DNA of 64,000 nt. Source: Basidiobolus meristosporus CBS 931.73 (taxonomy: Eukaryota > Fungi > Basidiobolomycota). The stretch covers positions 62,001-126,000 of the forward strand of contig MCFE01000198.1 in NCBI GenBank assembly GCA_002104905.1. Reading direction: 5' to 3'. Both the position numbers and the translations under genes were made by a program. Position 1 is the stretch's first letter. Each line of letters starts with the position of its first letter. The notes beneath the pieces are model-generated. The model saw only the letters and a list, made by a program, of their open reading frames with translations, had not been told where the DNA came from and ran no database searches. Shown in pieces: positions 1 through 10,628 of the stretch.

Positions 1-1792
1 GACAAGGTTCTCTTTGTTGGTACAGTGAACCCTCTCCAAAACTCCATTGTGCTCAGATATCACATCGACGAATCCCTGATGCAACTGGTTGGTCGAAATT
101 CAAACGGTCCACACCCCCTTCTACTCAGTCGTTACCTCTTGAGGATTGTCCAAATCGTACTTGACGATCTTGTACTTGGGTGCGTTCAGGTTGGTCTTGA
201 AATAGAAAACGGAGTTGTCGTTGGCGACACTACGTAGAACTGGCGGTTAGTCTGGAGATGTTTAGAGACAGGACAAATCCCTGGCGACTTACTAGGTATA
301 TTCGGCTTCCATATTGTCGACAAGCTTGTTGTACCTCATATTGTCTGCCCGAATACCCACATTAGTGACTCATACTTCGGGATATAAACATATCCATCGA
401 TACCTGTGATGCCGCCGCTCCCCTCAGAGAGATCGGCAATGTAGAGCTTGTTGACCGGATTACACGTTTCGACGATCATGAGGATCAAGAACTTTCCATC
501 GTCGGTGACCTCAGAGCCAAAAAGATGGTGAGGATGTGCAGGATCTTTGAAGACCACTACATCTTCTTCCTGAGAAGTGCCGATACGATGGAAGCACATC
601 TGTCAATTAAGCCAGGTCAAGTATTGAACCGATATCACAAACCCAGGAAAACCCACCATGGCGTCGGTGTTGGAGCCAGTTTCGGTACCGGCTTTGTCAT
701 CCCTCACCGAAGGCTTAGGATATCTCTGTGGGTTGGGTTAGGGTTGATGGTAAGGTTCAGGTGGCTTAGCGTTAGATTGCATTCTCGAACCATACGTTGT
801 AAAAGAATCCAGAGTCATCGTGGGCCCAGGTGATTCTGGTGAATTTGGCCCAACGAACTTCATCCTCAAGCTCTTGTCCACTAGCGTCCGTATACTTGAC
901 ATGGATGGTGATCCAGTCACTTCCGCTCTTGCTGATACCATAACCGAATAGCTTTCCACTTTCCGAGAAGCCGTAGGTGCTCAAGGAGGCGGTTCCATCC
1001 GCCTCAAGAGTGTTTGGCTAGGTCGGAGTGAGTGGTTAGATCAGCTGGACTTCATACGCTGGCCAACTGGAGGATACCTACGTCTAGGAAGACGGTGGGT
1101 TCGGCGGTCAATGATTTTTGCTGGTAGAGAATGCTGTCGTCGGAGGAAGGAGCGAGCGTGAGTACACTTCGTAGACAGAGCCAACAGACTAGCTTGAAAG
1201 TACCTTTGAGGCTGAAGGCCACTGTTGTAAAAGTAGTAGTAGTATTCCCCGTGCTTGAAAGGACAGCCGTATTTCTCGTAGTCGAAAAGCTTGGTGAGTC
1301 TGGGAAAGGTGTTAGCGCGGTGGTAACGATGGGGTAACGATGGGGTGGTCTCAGTTGCTGCTTACTGTTCTCTAAGCTCCTCACGGTAAGGGTAGGTTTC
1401 GAGATGACCAAAGGTGACTTTGTTCTGCTCCTCGACGAAGGCCTATAAAGAGTGTTGAGTGGTGGGGCCACGTGGTTGCTGATGGAAGCATATGTATGCC
1501 GTAAGCTGACTAACTTCCGTTTCGGCGGCATCCGGGTCTTCCAACCACCGATAGGGATCCGCCACTTTCACGCCGTTGAGATTCTCAACGACGGTGGTGT
1601 CTCTGCGTACGGCTGGATATGACCATTTCGCGTTGAATCTGGGTAAGGTCCTCTAAAATAAGGCCTTGGCAGTTTGGGAACAGGTACTGTGCAAGCTCAC
1701 CGTTTTGATATCAAGTGGTTTCTGAGGGTAGGGGCTCGACGTAGCTGAGCTGACAGCGGTTGTCGAGCCAGGCATAAAAGTGAGACACGCAT
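1..1792 (-). CDS. Prolyl oligopeptidase (S9A) paralog A, multi-exon, 3' part outside the window
   Basis: Spliced reading: exon 1 (1792-1701) [31 protein letters not shown], then [64 protein letters not shown]. These are N-terminal and beta-propeller motifs of prolyl oligopeptidases; introns are GT-AG. Confidence 0.93.
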
Positions 1793-2886
1793 TATTACGA
1801 AGCAAATTTCACTTCTCAAATGAACCATCAGTTGATCTCGATTCTGGTTGAACTCCGCCTTACACGCTGGCTCTTACCTTGCTCTTGATCGATTCTAGGT
1901 GTGGCTGTGACCGCGAGTTTGGGAGTGACAATGGTGGCTTACATTCTTTGAAGTCGGATTCGGAGTATTTATATCCTGGGCAGGTAGTACAGCCGTAGCT
2001 CTATGTGTCAGCCATCTGAGGTTGACTGCGGATGTTTGGGGTTTAAGCAAGAAATAGACCTTGTCAAGTGATTTTCTAGCTGAATAATGCCACCTAATGC
2101 CTTCATGCCATACCAGCTTGGGTAGGCCAATCCATGATTGTATATTTCAACCTGAAATGCTCCCATTCTTATGAATGGTGCACCTTTCCCTTAAGGTATA
2201 AACATGTGAGATGTGCATCAAATTATGGACTTGACATGGATTAAAACTCTGGCTCAGCCAGGAAATGTGTAGATGTACATTAGCCTTCGTATCATTACCT
2301 AGGAATATGTTCATATTGGCTATTTAGCTCATTTTGATCATTCCGTGGTGTGTAGATACTATCCAGACAATGCATCATCTAATGGTACATATATAGTGAT
2401 GGAAATTATAAGGCCTATCCTTAGATCCCTAGTAGAAACAACTGACTTTAGATCTTTTACTATTTTCCAATGGTATTCCTACTATTCGACTATTGGGCTC
2501 TGTTAATGATCCACCCCACTGGCAGTTATAAACTATACAAGTAACTTGAATAAACATCAATCCTAGTAGCCTATTCAGCATTACTCTCTGTCCTAAGTAG
2601 CTTTGAATATCAACCTTTGGAGCTACTAGCATGTTCAATTGGATAACTAGTCGGTAAAATAATGGACTCCAATCTTATGCTTGCAATTTTCGATACTCTT
2701 AACTGTTGCAAAATTTAGAAAGCCAAGAACACTGCGTAACGATAACCAATTTCTCAGCCTCGTCATTAGTTTACAAATGCACCTTCCATTTGGACCCTGG
2801 AAGGTTGAGAGCCGATCAAATATACAGTTGAAGTGTAAGAGTTGGAACCTGGATCACCACCTTTTCACTCTAAACCATAGGGTTAG

Positions 2887-3240
2887 CCACCCTCCCCTGT
2901 AGCCAATGTACAGGAAGAAGTTCATCAGTATTCCCCTCCTGTTTCACATGCTTCCCAAGCGAATACCTCCTCAGCTGTCCCTAGCTGGAAAGCTGAGCTC
3001 GCTGCACGTAACGCGTCAAGAGCTGCCACCAGAACATCTCCCTCATTAGGAGAAGACCCCGTACCTTCCCAAAGGCCAGGTGCACAGAACCCAGTAATCC
3101 CATCAAGGCCTGGCGTTCCCACCGCTTCCTCACGACCCTTCATTGCCCCCAAGTCTGGGACCCTGAATGGCAACAGCAACGTAGCTAGACTGGCCTCAGT
3201 TCTGGCCCAAGGGCCTGTTGGGCAACCAAGGAAGGAATAG
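2887..3240 (+). other. Orphan coding-like terminal exon (Pro/Ser/Ala-rich, about 118 codons)
   Basis: Stop-free frame after a TTAG acceptor (ends 2886) to TAG at 3238-3240: PPSPVANVQEEVHQYSPP...VPSWKAELAARNASR...NVARLASVLAQGPVGQPRKE*. CpG retained; no start codon and no clear upstream exon. Confidence 0.4.
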
Positions 3241-3478
3241 ATGGCGTCATCGTGGCCATCCAAGTCTATAAACCGTGTTCATCCACGCAGTACCGGTGTT
3301 CAGTGTTTATATTTCGTTGAGATAAGCCGCTTCTGATGAAGATGTTGTCGTTTATTCTTGGCAGGCTGTTGGTAGATTAATCGCCTTCATTCACCAAGTA
3401 CTCCATTACTAAAGAAATAAACTGAGATGGCATTTCTCCTTAATCATCCGCGGTCGCCCCGCTTGTGTGAAATGATGA

Positions 3479-6400
3479 TTAGGCATTCCATTGACTCTTC
3501 AAGCTTAGTGCCATGAAGGATAGACGGTCGGTGACTTCGTCGATCTACAAGAAATGGTTAAGAGCAAATCAGAGATCAATTGGTGTGGGGAATCGACTTA
3601 CTCTCTTCTTGGTCGGCTTGCCTGCACCATGACCCGCCTGAAACGAAGCAATTCAGCGTTAGTAAAAATAGGTGAGGGAGAGGGAGAGGGAGAGAGAGAG
3701 AGAGGAGTGCTTGGTAGGGTGGTATTACCTTGGTGTCCACTCGGATGAGCAATGGGTTAGCATTGTCTTGGCAATAATGCTGAAGGGTTGCAATTAGTTT
3801 ATGCGAATGCAGAGGGACCCTACAGCCAGAGAAGGTTAGCACAGCTCCGCGTCCCAGAGTCTACCTACAAGCCTACACTCTATCATCGTGGTCACCAGTG
3901 GTCAGCATGTAAGGTGGGTATGGCTTCTCGGTTTGGACGTTGTGCAATGGTGAGTACTTGTAGATGTACTTGAAATCCTCGGCATTGTCCGGGTTTCCGT
4001 AGTCCGATTTCCTGATAGTTTGGTTGAGCAACAGAAGAGAACATGGCCAGGACAGATGAATTGTTACCAGGCATGACCGATGGTGAACTTGTGGAACCGA
4101 AGCATGATCCATAACGCTAAGGCGCAAATATCATTATTATCAGTTGTTCATTGGTGTTGTTTCCTGTGACTTCCTACCCAACATCTGCGACACCACATCC
4201 GAAAAGCTCGGGCGCTTGGTTCATGCAGGCACCTGTAGTTGAGGGTCAGCGCAAATCCTGCAAATGGAAACGCTCTCTGCAAATCACTCACCTACTAGCA
4301 AGCCACCATTGGACCCACCATTGATGGCAAGTCTATCAAACAAGATTGGGATGAGTGGGATTCTGGCGAAATCCGACGAAATGATGGCAAATCACCTTTC
4401 AGGACGAGTGTACTTGTTCTCGATCAGATACTTGGCAGCATACTGGAAGTCGTCGAAGACGTTCTGCTTCCTGGCCAAAGTTCCGGCCTGATGCCACTCC
4501 TCACCGTACTCTCTAACGAAATAAAAAGGTTGGCCTCGCGCTTTACGATAGAACGATCGGATGAATTACCCTCCACCGCGTAAGTTGGGGATGGCCACCA
4601 CGCCATTGAAATGCTTCATGAATGCAATCCATGCTGGGCTGAACATGGGCGATAGTGAGATGCTGAAGCCACCATAGCCATAGAGCAAGGTCGAGTTGTT
4701 GCCATCTAGGGGCAGGTCCTGTAGCGTGGAATAGATTAGCAACGGGAGGACACACAAGCCAGGTCACCCATGTTCCCTCACCTTTTTGTGGTTGATAAAC
4801 ATGGGGATTTTGGTGCCATCCTTGGACGGGTAGAAGATCTGTTTGGTGATGAATTCGTCGCTATTGAAACCGGACACCTGGGTGGTTCTGAACACCGACA
4901 GCTTCTGCTCTTCACCAACTTCCTCAAAAGAATAGCGATAAATGATGCCGGGATTCAGGAAAGATGCGAAGGAGAAGAAAAGTTCCTTGAATTCACGACG
5001 GGTCGAGAGGGATGTAACCGTTCCGATGGGGGTTGGGATCTCCTTAAGCACAGAGCCTGTCTTCAGGTCGTGGATACGTACGACATTCTGTAGGAAATCA
5101 ACTATTAACGAGAGGGCTCACTAGTCGGTGAGCATCCAATTCTGACCAACCTTGACGTCTTCCAGATATACGGTGACAAGGTTCTCTTTGTTAGTGCAGC
5201 GAACGGTCTCCAAAACTCCGTCCTGCTCAGATATCACATCGACGAATCCCTGATGCAACTGGTTGGTCGAAATTCAAACGGTCCACACCCCCTTCTACTC
5301 AGTCGTTACCTCTTGAGGATTGTCCAAATCGCACTTGACGATCTTGTACTTGGGTGCGTTCAGGTTGGTCTTGAAATAGAAAACGGAGTTGTCGTTGGCG
5401 ACACTACATCGAACCGGTGGTTAGCCTGAATAGGATTGGAGACAGAACATATGTGTCTGGTGACGTACTAGCTATACTCAGCATCCAGGTTGTCGACAAG
5501 CTTGTTGTACTTCATGTTATCTGTCAAACGGCATACATCAGTGTCTCATTCTCAAGAATATAAACGCGGCGTAGATACCTGAGACGCCGCCGTTTCCCCC
5601 GGAGAGATCGGCGATGTAGAGCTTGTTCACTGGATCACAGGTTTCCGTGATCGAGAGGATCAAGAACTTGCCATCGTCAGTGACTTCGGAGCCAAACATA
5701 TAGTGAGGATGTTCGGGATCCTTGAAAATCATCACATCCTCCTCCTGGGAGGTACCGATACGATGGAAGTACAACTGTCAAGTGACCGAGATTAGTATCG
5801 TACGGATGCCATAAACCTAGGGAAACCCACCATGGCGTCGGTGTTGGAGCCAGTTTCGGTACCGGCTTTGTCATCGCCCACAGAAGGCTTAGGATATCTC
5901 TGCAAGTTGTAGGGTAAGATTAGGATCCAGATCAGTCACTCGTTGGCAGATTGCGTTCGTGACCATACATTATAGAAAAATCCAGAGTCATCGTGGGCCC
6001 AGGTGATTCTAGTGAATTTGGCCCAACGAACTTCATCCTCAAGCTCTTGTCCACTAGCGTCCGTATACTTGACATGGATGGTGATCCAGTCACTTCCGCT
6101 CTTGCTGATACCATAACCGAATAGCTTTCCACTTTCCGAGAAGCCGTAGGTGTTCAAGGAGGCGGTTCCATCCGCCTCAAGAGTGTTTGGCTAGGTCGGA
6201 GTGAGTGGTTAGATCAGCTGGACTTCATACAGCTGGCCAACTGGAGGATACCTACGTCTAGGAAGACGGTGGGTTCGGCGGTCAATGATTTTTGCTGGTA
6301 GAGAATGCTGTCGTCGGAGGAAGGAGCGAGCGTGAGTACACTTCGTAGACAGAGCCAACAGACTAGCCTGAAAGTACCTTTGAGGCTGAAGGCCACTGTT

Positions 6401-6967
6401 GTAAAAGTAGTAGTAGTACTCTCCACGTCTGAAAGGACAGCTGTATTTCTCGTAGTCGAAAAGCTTGGTGAGTCTGGGAAAGGTGTTAGCGCGGTGGTAA
6501 TGATGGGGTAACGATGGGGTGGTCTCAGTTGCTGCTTACTGTTCTCTAAGCTCCTCACGGTGAGGGTAGGTTTCGAGATGACCAAAGGTGACTTTGTTCT
6601 GCTCCTCGACGAAGGCCTATAAAGAGTGTTGAGTGGTGGGGCCATGTGGTTGCCGATGGAAGCATATGTATGCCGTAAGCTGACTAACTTCCGTTTCGGC
6701 GGCATCCGGGTCTTCCAACCACCGATAGGGATCCGCCACTTTCACGCCGTTGAGATTCTCAACGACGGTGGTGTCTCTGCGTACGGCTGGATATGTCCAT
6801 TTCATGATGAATCTGAGTGGAGCACTCTTGTGTTAGGTATTGGTGGTTTGAAAACTGATTACTGCAGCTCACCGTTTTGATATCAAGTGGTTTCTGAGGG
6901 TAGGGGCTCGACGTAGCTGAGCTGACAGTGGTTGTCGAGCCAGGCATAAAAGTGAGACACGCATCAT
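3479..6967 (-). CDS. Prolyl oligopeptidase (S9A) paralog B, complete, multi-exon
   Basis: Starts [11 protein letters not shown] (ATG at 6967); exon 2 [13 protein letters not shown]...[12 protein letters not shown]. Catalytic Ser in [10 protein letters not shown] (~4310), Asp in TGDHDDRV (~3880), His in AGHGAGKP (~3630). Ends [15 protein letters not shown] (stop 3481-3479). Confidence 0.95.
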
Positions 6968-7305
6968 TACGAAGCAAATTTCAGATTCTTAGGGTGAGTA
7001 GTAATCAATCAGTAGTAATCAATCAGGTAACCCTCCGAAACCTCCCAACTTAATCAAGATAAGAGCATGAAATCAACTAGTACGTAAGCATGATATTCAC
7101 CTTTCACCTCAATGAAAAGATTTATTATTCGCAAGAAGGGATTCATAAATAGGAGGACCAGAAATAATAAAAGGCTTCGAACTGAGAAACTACGGGGATG
7201 CAGTGTGGATTTTGATGGTTCCGTCTAATAAAATGAAAGGAAGACAAAATCAAATATTCTATGACTCATACTACGTGGGATGCTGGTGTGGACAATGAAC
7301 TGCAC

Positions 7306-9720
7306 TTAAGCATCTGGAGTAGTCTTGCCGTTAGCAGCTTTTGAGCGAGCAAGGTCACCAGCCAGCTGAGCCAAGCGAATCTTTTGAGCATCGACTTGCT
7401 CTTGAAGCTTGGTCTTCTCCTCTTCCAAAGTGGTGATCTGTTGAGTCTTGACTTCGATTGCTTGAGCGTGTTGGTTCTTGAATTCCTCGGCCTCCTTGAG
7501 TTTAGCCTCGAGTGAGCTGATGCGTTCTTCGGTGGCAGTAACCTGGGATGTCACTCTAGCAAGTTCAGCCTTGGACTCCTCAAGCTCACGAGCAACCGAC
7601 TCAGATTGAGCCTTCAACTCTTGAGTTTGCTCGGAAGCAGAAGTGGCTTGGGCCAACTGAGCCTTGGATTGCTCAAGCTCCTCTTGAAGTTTCTCAGCTG
7701 CCTCCAAAGCTTGCTTCTTGGCACCCTCAATCTCATTGATGGTAGTCTCAGCAGCTCCAACAAGTGATTTCAAAGAGACGATTTCGTTGTTGGCGGTCAA
7801 ATACTTCTCATTAGCACCCTTGAGAGCCTCCTCGAGTTCACTGACCTGGCTTTGCACCTTGGACAATTCTTGTTTGGCGTCACTGGCTTCGATCTTAGCT
7901 TGCTGAAGTTCGTTGGCGAGCTTATCCTTTTGCTCTTGAGCCTCTTGGCTCTTTTGAGCGGAAGAGAGAGCCTCGTCGGCTGAAGCCTTGGCCTGAGCAA
8001 GTTCAGCTTGAGCTTGCTGGAGAGCAGCCTCCTTGGCCTCGGCCAATTGAAGAGATTCCTTGTTCTCGGCTTCGAGCTTTTGAACACGAGCATTAGCCTC
8101 GCTCAATTGAGCTTGAGCGCCGGTCAACTCGGACTTGGCTTGCTCAACTTGCTTGAGCAACTCGGAGTTCTGGGTGCTGGACTGCTCGCGAGCCTGTCCA
8201 AGCTCAGCTTGGTATTCAGCCAAGCGCTTCTCGAGCTCCTGAATCTTCTTTTCTCTGTCAGCCTTGATGCTGGAGTATTCATGGCTCAATTGCTCATAGT
8301 CATCTCTCAATCTAGCCAAATCGTTAGAGGCGGCTTGAGAGGAGCTGCGGTCTTGCTCCAAAGACTTGATCTTGTTTTCCATGGCCAAAAGAGCTTGATC
8401 TTTTTGGGAAACGATTTGAGACATGCGTTGCTGTCCGAATCCAAGCTCGTGGGTGAGTTGGTCAATAGCGGTCTTGGCCTTACCAAGCTCGCTGATAAGG
8501 CTGGACTCGCGAGATTGGGCCTCTCTGATTTGACGGGTAAGGGATTCTTGCTCGGCATAATGGGTCTTGCGCTCAATGTTGAATTGCTCGATTTGCTGCT
8601 GGAGGTTGGCCTGTTGCTCACGGTGGGTGGCGTTGGCTTCATCGATATCGTAGCTAGCGGCTTGGAGAGTCTTGACGTTCTCCTTTTCAACCGTCAATTG
8701 CTTGAAGAGAACTTGGTTGGTGTAGTTCAATGAATCAACCTTGGTTTCAAGAGTCTTGATCTTCTTCTCGTAGACCTTCTTGTCAATCTGTTGATCATTC
8801 AACTGCTCACTAACTTCATCAAACTCCTTTTGGAGTTGGTTCTGAAGGGTCTTCAAGGAATCATTCTTCTTGGACAAGTTCTTGATGGTCTCCTCCTTGT
8901 CCTCCAAGGATTGACGAAGCTCTTCCAACTCCTTGGAAGAGACCTCAGGCTCAGCGTGAGTGGCGCTAATAGATTCAATGGTGGGCTGCTCGACAGGAAT
9001 CTCCTTGGTGGCTTCCTGAACTTGGGCGGCGGTCACCTCCTCAACAACAACAGCGTTCTTGTTCTTCTTCTTCTTGGCCTTCTTCTCAGATACAGGAGCA
9101 GGGGTCTGCTCAGGCTCTTCCTTCTTGATCGGCTCGGGGGCGGCGACCTCAGGAACAGCTTCAACAGCAGCAACAGCAGTTTGTTCAACTACTTCAGCCA
9201 CAGGAGCGGCTGGAGTCTCGGGAACAACAGGCTTCTGCTTCTTGGACTTGGAACCCTTGGGCTTCTTAGGCTCCTTCTTTTCAAAAAGAACTGGACCACC
9301 GTTGACCTCAAGAGCAGCATAAGGATTGGCCGAAGCGACAGAGGCGTCAATACCATATTCTGGCTCTTCCTCTTCCTCCTCCTCGACTTCTACGACCTCT
9401 TCAACAACCTTTTGGACCACCTTGGGGGGTGCGGCGGCTTTAGCGGCCTTAGCCTTGGAGCGCTTGGTAGCGTTTCCAGCTGCCTTGGGTTGAGCCTTGG
9501 CACCGTTAACCTTAGGTTGAACCTTAGGAGTGGTGGCCTTGGACTTCTTGGCAGGCTTCTTCTTGGTCTCGAGCTCTACTTCCTTCAGAAGAGCAGCTTG
9601 AGCCTCGGTGTGATCGACCGCAGGCTTGCTACCAACAAAGTTATAGTAGATGTAAACACTGGAAGTGGAAACTACACCCAGGACAACCAAAAGGGTAGTA
9701 AGATTCGAGAAAGCATCCAT
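7306..9720 (-). CDS. Intronless 804-aa protein: N-terminal membrane anchor, Lys-rich region, long coiled coil
   Basis: Single ORF. Hydrophobic LTTLLVVLGVVSTSSVYIYYNFV near the N-terminus, K/A/P-rich and acidic linkers, then roughly 500 aa of E/Q/K/L/A-rich heptad-like sequence. Family not recognised. Confidence 0.85.
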   Translation of the reverse strand: MDAFSNLTTLLVVLGVVSTSSVYIYYNFVGSKPAVDHTEAQAALLKEVELETKKKPAKKSKATTPKVQPKVNGAKAQPKAAGNATKRSKAKAAKAAAPPKVVQKVVEEVVEVEEEEEEEPEYGIDASVASANPYAALEVNGGPVLFEKKEPKKPKGSKSKKQKPVVPETPAAPVAEVVEQTAVAAVEAVPEVAAPEPIKKEEPEQTPAPVSEKKAKKKKNKNAVVVEEVTAAQVQEATKEIPVEQPTIESISATHAEPEVSSKELEELRQSLEDKEETIKNLSKKNDSLKTLQNQLQKEFDEVSEQLNDQQIDKKVYEKKIKTLETKVDSLNYTNQVLFKQLTVEKENVKTLQAASYDIDEANATHREQQANLQQQIEQFNIERKTHYAEQESLTRQIREAQSRESSLISELGKAKTAIDQLTHELGFGQQRMSQIVSQKDQALLAMENKIKSLEQDRSSSQAASNDLARLRDDYEQLSHEYSSIKADREKKIQELEKRLAEYQAELGQAREQSSTQNSELLKQVEQAKSELTGAQAQLSEANARVQKLEAENKESLQLAEAKEAALQQAQAELAQAKASADEALSSAQKSQEAQEQKDKLANELQQAKIEASDAKQELSKVQSQVSELEEALKGANEKYLTANNEIVSLKSLVGAAETTINEIEGAKKQALEAAEKLQEELEQSKAQLAQATSASEQTQELKAQSESVARELEESKAELARVTSQVTATEERISSLEAKLKEAEEFKNQHAQAIEVKTQQITTLEEEKTKLQEQVDAQKIRLAQLAGDLARSKAANGKTTPDA

Positions 9721-10271
9721 GATAGAGAGTCAAATAACCGGGTTTCAAAGAGAGGATACAGACAACGATAAACGACTGGTCAGAGAAGTGAAAGTCGGTA
9801 ATAACACACTGCGACCAGCTCACCAACTGCTCAGTAATAACTATCCAAGCGGTTGGAGAAAGCCAGGGTATTATTCAACAATGTCCAGGGTTGGTTTAGC
9901 AGAACAAAAAATTCTGGCCAAACACATCTCTGATCAAGCGCTCCTCGGGGAAAGGACCAAGGATCACTCCAATATTTAATCAGCATCCACGCATATTCGT
10001 CTCCTTACCAGGCATTAACCATTGCCAATTGCCATAAATCCATTCATAAATGACCCCATATACGCACAATCACTCTCCCCGAGCTTGGTAGGATTTACTC
10101 GGATCTCGCCTGTCCACCAATCGTGTGTGGTGGCAATAATCCAGAGCTTACAGAAGGATTGAGAATAATTTGTGATAATAACTGCCAATCAGCGCATGCA
10201 TTGGCAGGTAGCGCTCTTCAAGATTTCGTCGAATCAGCACCAGCCAGCTGTAGATGATTCATTGCCGTCTC

Positions 10272-10310
10272 CCCCAACCCCAACCCTAACCCTAACCCTA
10301 GCCCTAACCC
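10272..10310. promoter_or_regulatory. Telomere-like (CCCTAA)n array in a divergent promoter
   Basis: CCCCAA CCCCAA CCCTAA CCCTAA CCCTAG CCCTAA CCC lies between the head-to-head starts at 9720 and 10629. The repeat is seen directly; the regulatory role is inferred. Confidence 0.45.
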
Positions 10311-10628
10311 GCCATCACAGCCCAGAGTAGACGCATAGATAAATTCACTTCGAAGAAAGGTTGACCTCTTTGGCAATTATTAGATCCGTGACTTGAAACC
10401 AATCAAATGGGAAATTGAATGTTTTGATTTCTCGCGGCTGCCCATAGACCTTCCACTCCCGATGATGCTTGGAGATTGTAAACAACAATAAAAGAATTTT
10501 CGTCATCAAAACACCCACCAAATTGGCCTTAAAGTGGTACCCCCAGTGCTGCTACCTCTTGACTAGCTTACTCCTTAGACTTCCCTTCCATCTGTATTAT
10601 ATATTACTCACAACCGGGACTTGCAACC

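Noticed and set aside
728-750. GGGTTGGGTTAGGGTT telomere-like motif in a copy A intron
   Set aside because: One true unit, overlaps the likely CTAAC branch point, and is not conserved in copy B.
2400-2680. AT-rich, CpG-poor, stop-riddled stretch between the peptidase copies
   Set aside because: May be a decayed TE or gene relic, but I found no motif, termini or second copy.
2925-3263. 112-aa minus-strand ORF
   Set aside because: TTG start and no recognisable motif; the plus-strand frame has the more protein-like composition and a splice acceptor.
3674-3706. (GA)-rich purine run
   Set aside because: Ordinary microsatellite / pyrimidine tract inside a peptidase intron.
8008-9771. Long Leu-rich plus-strand ORFs (241 and 326 aa)
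   Set aside because: Antisense shadows of the Glu/Gln/Lys-rich coiled-coil gene; no independent motifs.
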